Shown here piece after piece: positions 9,738 through 13,031 of a stretch of DNA of 13,031 bases (position 1 is its first letter; every line of letters starts with the position of its first letter). The position numbers and the translations under genes were made by a program. This DNA comes from Octopus sinensis (lineage: Eukaryota), in contig NW_021826390.1 of NCBI RefSeq assembly GCF_006345805.1, positions 1-13,031 of the forward strand, read 5' to 3'. The notes below the pieces were generated by a model. The model searched no databases. It had not been told where the DNA came from and saw nothing but the letters and a program-made list of their open reading frames with translations.

Positions 9738-9897
9738 GATGAAATCCACTCAATCACACGCCAGATTTTACCATAACGATAAATACGCGTGTGGTTCAAT
9801 TGATTACATCCGACGTTATAATTCAAATGCCCCAGGAAAGGGATGTGTGGCGTTCGATCATATAATAACAATTTAATAAATAAAACATATGCATATA

Positions 9898-10300
9898 GGC
9901 GTAGGAGTGGCTGTGTGGTAAGTAGCTTGCTAACCAGCCACATGGTTCCGGGTTCAGTCCGACTGCGTGGCACCTTGGGCAAGTGTCTTCTGCTATAGCC
10001 TCGGGCCGACCAATGCCTTGTGAATGGATTTGGTAGACGGAAACTGAAAGAAGCCCGTCGTATATATGTATATATATATGTATGTGTGTATATGTTTGTG
10101 TGTGTCTGTGTTTGTCCCCCTAGCATTGCTTGACAACCGATGCTGGTGTGTTTATGTCCCCGTTACTTAGCGGTTCGGCAAAAGACACCGATAGAATAAG
10201 TACTGGGCTTACAAGAAGAATAAGTCCCGGGGTCGAGTTGCTCGATTAAAGGTGGTGCTCCAACATGACCGCTATCAAATGACTGAAACAAGTAAAAGAG
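9898..10300 (+). mobile_element. tRNA-derived SINE family A, full length
   Basis: GGCGTAGGAGTGGCTGTGTGGTAAGTAGC head, GGTTCAGTCC B-box-like motif, tail GAAACAAGTAAAAGAG; closely similar to 330-731. Confidence 0.9.
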
Positions 10301-10560
10301 TATACATACATACATATATGTACATACCTACATCTATATGTATATGGGTACAGGACATCAAAAAAATGTTGAACACAATGAGAAACGAAAACATAAAAAC
10401 GAAAACATGGAAACGAACTTCTTTTTAAATAACGAAAAAACAGAGTACAAGACATACAACACAAGGAATATTCCCCTCTTCAGTTGCCCCCCCCCCCTCC
10501 CCGAGCACACAGCCACCACACTCATCCAACAACACCACCGCTACATCCACTGACCGTTGG

Positions 10561-10622
10561 TGACTAAATCTGTTTGCTTTGAGCACCGAGTAAGTGCTCA
10601 ACAGAGCAACAAGAATTAGTCA
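10561..10622. other. ~62-nt imperfect hairpin
   Basis: TGACTAA/TTAGTCA outer pairing, TTGCT/AGCAA middle pairing, TTGAGCAC/GTGCTCAA inner stem with a 7-nt loop. Confidence 0.6.
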
Positions 10623-10660
10623 ACGAAGGGACATCGACGTGATTGCTCAATCTTTTAGAA

Positions 10661-10885
10661 CATAGGTTCCCAACCATATTTTTTATCTATGGACCCTTTC
10701 CATGACTATTTTATTCTGGTGGACCCCCATCGCAATTAAATGTTCAAAAACTAGTTTTATAGAATTTCTTCCAAAATTCCTATTTTGTTATATTCGAAAA
10801 AAAAGCGCTCTCTAAAGTAGGGATTCCCAACCAGGGGTCCACAGAAGCTTTAAGAGGGTCCACAAGTAAAAAATTGTGGACAAAA
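10661..10885. mobile_element. Possible hAT-like MITE end fragments
   Basis: CATAGGTTCCCAACC (10661) and TAGGGATTCCCAACCAGGGGTCC (~10818) resemble the CAGGGGTTCCCAA-type TIR starts of hAT MITEs; no matching opposite TIR was found. Confidence 0.3.
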
Positions 10886-11273
10886 TCTTTATATATAAAA
10901 GTGAGGTTGTGTGCTGTCTGTCTCCTACGATTTAGATTCCTAACTATTCCCACATTTTGCGGTGCAGTTTAACCAAAACCGGGTATCTTATAGTCGTGAT
11001 TCATATCGAGCCCTTCTGGGTATTAGCGCGCGTCTACGATTTAAAAAAAAATTTACCATCAATTTTTCCCATTTTTAATGCATTTTTGGCATATATAAGT
11101 GAAGTAACTCTCTAAAAATTTATTATTAAATCTCAGAACGTAAAAAGCTACAGTAACACCCCCCCCCCTTTCCGGTTAGCCATATTGAGATGGCTATTAT
11201 ACTTTACATCTCTAAAAATGCTTATATAGTTATTTCCCTTACAAACCCGAGCAACGCCGGGCGATACTGCTAG
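10886..11273 (+). mobile_element. Non-autonomous Helitron (388 bp)
   Basis: 5' A|TC start (TCTTTATATATAAAAG), subterminal GC-rich hairpin CCCGAGCAACGCCGGG (11246-11261), 3' end CTAG|T; inserted between A and T with no TSD. Confidence 0.85.
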
Positions 11274-11427
11274 TAATATATAAATTTTGTTTCCTAGGAG
11301 AGGTGCCTGTATTTTTTTGAAATTTTCAGGATTTCTATTTGGAATTTATGTTATGAATATAACGAAATTGTTTCGTTGTTATTTCGTTTTGGGGTTTGGT
11401 TTGCAAGATCCTTTATAGAAGCATATA

Positions 11428-11590
11428 CTGTTGTGTCTGGGGAGAGTCATTCTCTTTTTGTGCCTTATTATTTAACACACTCACCGGTAAAATTTCCACT
11501 TTTTTCTTTCCTAAAATTTTCGTTGCGTCTTGCAACCTTTTCCAGTAGTCTTGACTCTTGAAAGACTATTGAAAATAAAGAAATAAGAAT
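11428..11590. mobile_element. Probable truncated palindromic (foldback/MITE-like) repeat
   Basis: Central imperfect inverted repeat TTTTCCAGTAGTCTT...AAGACTATTGAAAA (~11538-11575); element boundaries are approximate. Confidence 0.35.
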
Positions 11591-11601
11591 TACTATCACA
11601 A

Positions 11602-11602
11602 G

Positions 11603-11628
<26 letters not shown>
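11602..11628. repeat. (CTA)n microsatellite
   Basis: Read directly; source of the poly-Ser ORF. Confidence 0.92.
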
Positions 11629-11634
<6 letters not shown>

Positions 11635-11743
11635 ACACCCCCTCCGCATTAAGCAAGCTAAGTGAAGTTAGCAAACATCAAAACTGAGCGATCAATTGAA
11701 ATTAAGCGATAAGGCGTCCAGATATTAGTGTAGCGGACTGACG

Positions 11744-11753
11744 GGTGTGTGTG

Positions 11754-11793
<40 letters not shown>

Positions 11794-11837
11794 ACACACA
11801 CACATATATATATACATATATATACATATATACATAT
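11744..11837. repeat. (GT)n-(CA)n-(TA)n compound microsatellite
   Basis: Read directly. Confidence 0.92.
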
Positions 11838-12222
11838 AAACGGTAGTGGAGGGGGTTTGACGTGGTGGTTTGTTTAACTGGCAGGGTGGTTGTCTGGGTA
11901 GCTGGGTGGCTGGCTGGCTGGTTGGCTGGTTGGTTGGTTAGGGGGTGTACAGAGACGGGTGGAGTGTGGGAGCAGAATTGGGGGTGGTGACGGCGGGGGT
12001 GGTGGGTCGGGTGAATTCGGGGTAGGTTGGGTAGGTGATGGGTGGATGGGTGGATGGGTGGCTGGCACAATGCTGCTTATAGGTGGTCCGGAGTGTAGGT
12101 TGTCATGTATACATGGGTACGCATTGTGTGTGCGTATATATACACGCACACACACACACATATATATGTTATGTGTTTGTATGGGTATCTGTGCACAAGC
12201 TTGTGCGTGCATGTACGTATGC

Positions 12223-12225
<3 letters not shown>

Positions 12226-12274
<49 letters not shown>

Positions 12275-12369
12275 ATGTGGTCTATATATATATATATATA
12301 TATATATAACATATATACATATAACATATATATATGCTCTGTGTATATATATATATATATAATAGATAC

Positions 12370-12406
<37 letters not shown>

Positions 12407-12532
12407 ATATATTATATATATATATTATATATATATATACATATAACAAAATATACATATAGCATGTATCTCTTATGATAAATATGATATATGTGTATTT
12501 ATTTATATATATATATACATATATATATACAT
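12226..12532. repeat. Degenerate (TA)n microsatellite field
   Basis: Read directly. Confidence 0.92.
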
Positions 12533-12609
12533 AAAATGTGACCTCGTGTGTACCGTTGGCGATTTTTTTTTCCTCTGTCTTCCCTTCTCTGGATCTTCCC
12601 TTCTCCTAT

Positions 12610-12643
12610 GTTCCGAGGAAGAGCTCCGCTCGAAACGTTAAAC
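12610..12643 (+). ncRNA. Degenerate minimal hammerhead-like motif within a short insert (~12533-12733) in (TA)n
   Basis: GUU [CCGAGGA] A GAGC-UCC-GCUC [GAA] AC-GU [U] AAAC: stem II perfect, palindromic AACGUU stem III, weak stem I, non-canonical core. Confidence 0.45.
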
Positions 12644-12733
12644 TCTCCTTCTTTCCTAAGCGTCCAATAATACTTTATTTGTTCCACGTCCTCGCGTTGT
12701 TGTGTTTTTTTGTGCTTTCTTGTTTGGATTAAC

Positions 12734-12738
12734 TATAT

Positions 12739-12792
<54 letters not shown>
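12734..12792. repeat. (TA)n microsatellite
   Basis: Read directly. Confidence 0.92.
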
Positions 12793-12794
<2 letters not shown>

Positions 12795-13031
12795 TATATG
12801 TATTATATACATATAAATAGGCCTATTTGGCTGCTATTTTAGCACGCATGACAATCATCTCAACGACTGTGACAAAAATATTCGATCGATAAACAAGTCC
12901 AGTTTTTCAATACAAAGGGACGTCTCATGAGAGTAGTCAGATCGATAATAAAAGTGCATCCTTATTCCAGGCAGACCTAGACATCAGTAAATGCAGACTT
13001 GATTTCTGAACATTCATTGATCCTGAAACCG

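Larger units (their letters stand above)
5118..9834 (-). repeat. Tandem array of a ~533-bp unit (8 full + 1 partial) containing hammerhead ribozymes; retrozyme-like or Penelope-like pLTR concatemer
   Basis: Anchor AGGGTGAGAG recurs at 5127, 5661, 6192, 6723, 7255, 7787, 8318, 8854 and 9382 (spacing 528-536). The last copy leaves the consensus after TCAAATGCCCCA at 9834. The array is directly seen; the retrozyme label is inference from the ribozyme fold. Confidence 0.95.

Noticed and set aside
5118-9834. CRISPR array or coding repeat (ORFs 7525-7770 and 9565-9753)
   Set aside because: Units are ~533 bp with no unique spacers and the context is eukaryotic; these ORF calls occur only in single units that carry 1-nt indels.
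10342-10490. Minus-strand CUGAAGA-GGGGAAUAUUCC as a hammerhead start
   Set aside because: No following GAAA or stem III; probably a repeat fragment that cannot be classified from the sequence alone.
11702-12478. Pro/His-rich and YI-repeat ORFs
   Set aside because: Translations of the G-rich tract and the TA/CA microsatellites.

Overview
AT-rich, microsatellite-rich eukaryotic DNA with no credible protein-coding gene; nearly all listed ORFs are translations of simple repeats, SINEs or the tandem array. The tRNA-headed SINE families look like those of Octopus/cephalopod genomes (recognition only, no search run). The centrepiece is a ~4.7 kb head-to-tail array (5118-9834) of a ~533-bp unit: 8 full copies plus one ~453-bp partial copy. 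Every copy carries on the minus strand a fold matching a type I hammerhead ribozyme, with an extended stem I, a CCGAUGA/GAAA/GUC core (U4C variant), a long extended stem II and a palindromic ACAAUUGU stem III. This is the architecture of a non-LTR retrozyme or Penelope-like pseudo-LTR concatemer that could yield ~533-nt self-cleaved or circular RNAs. One SNP alternates G,A,A,G,A,A,G,A,A across the nine units, suggesting a 3-unit higher-order repeat. The flanks contain several SINEs (one with a TSD), a 388-bp non-autonomous Helitron, hairpin or MITE-like elements and a second, degenerate minimal hammerhead near 12610.
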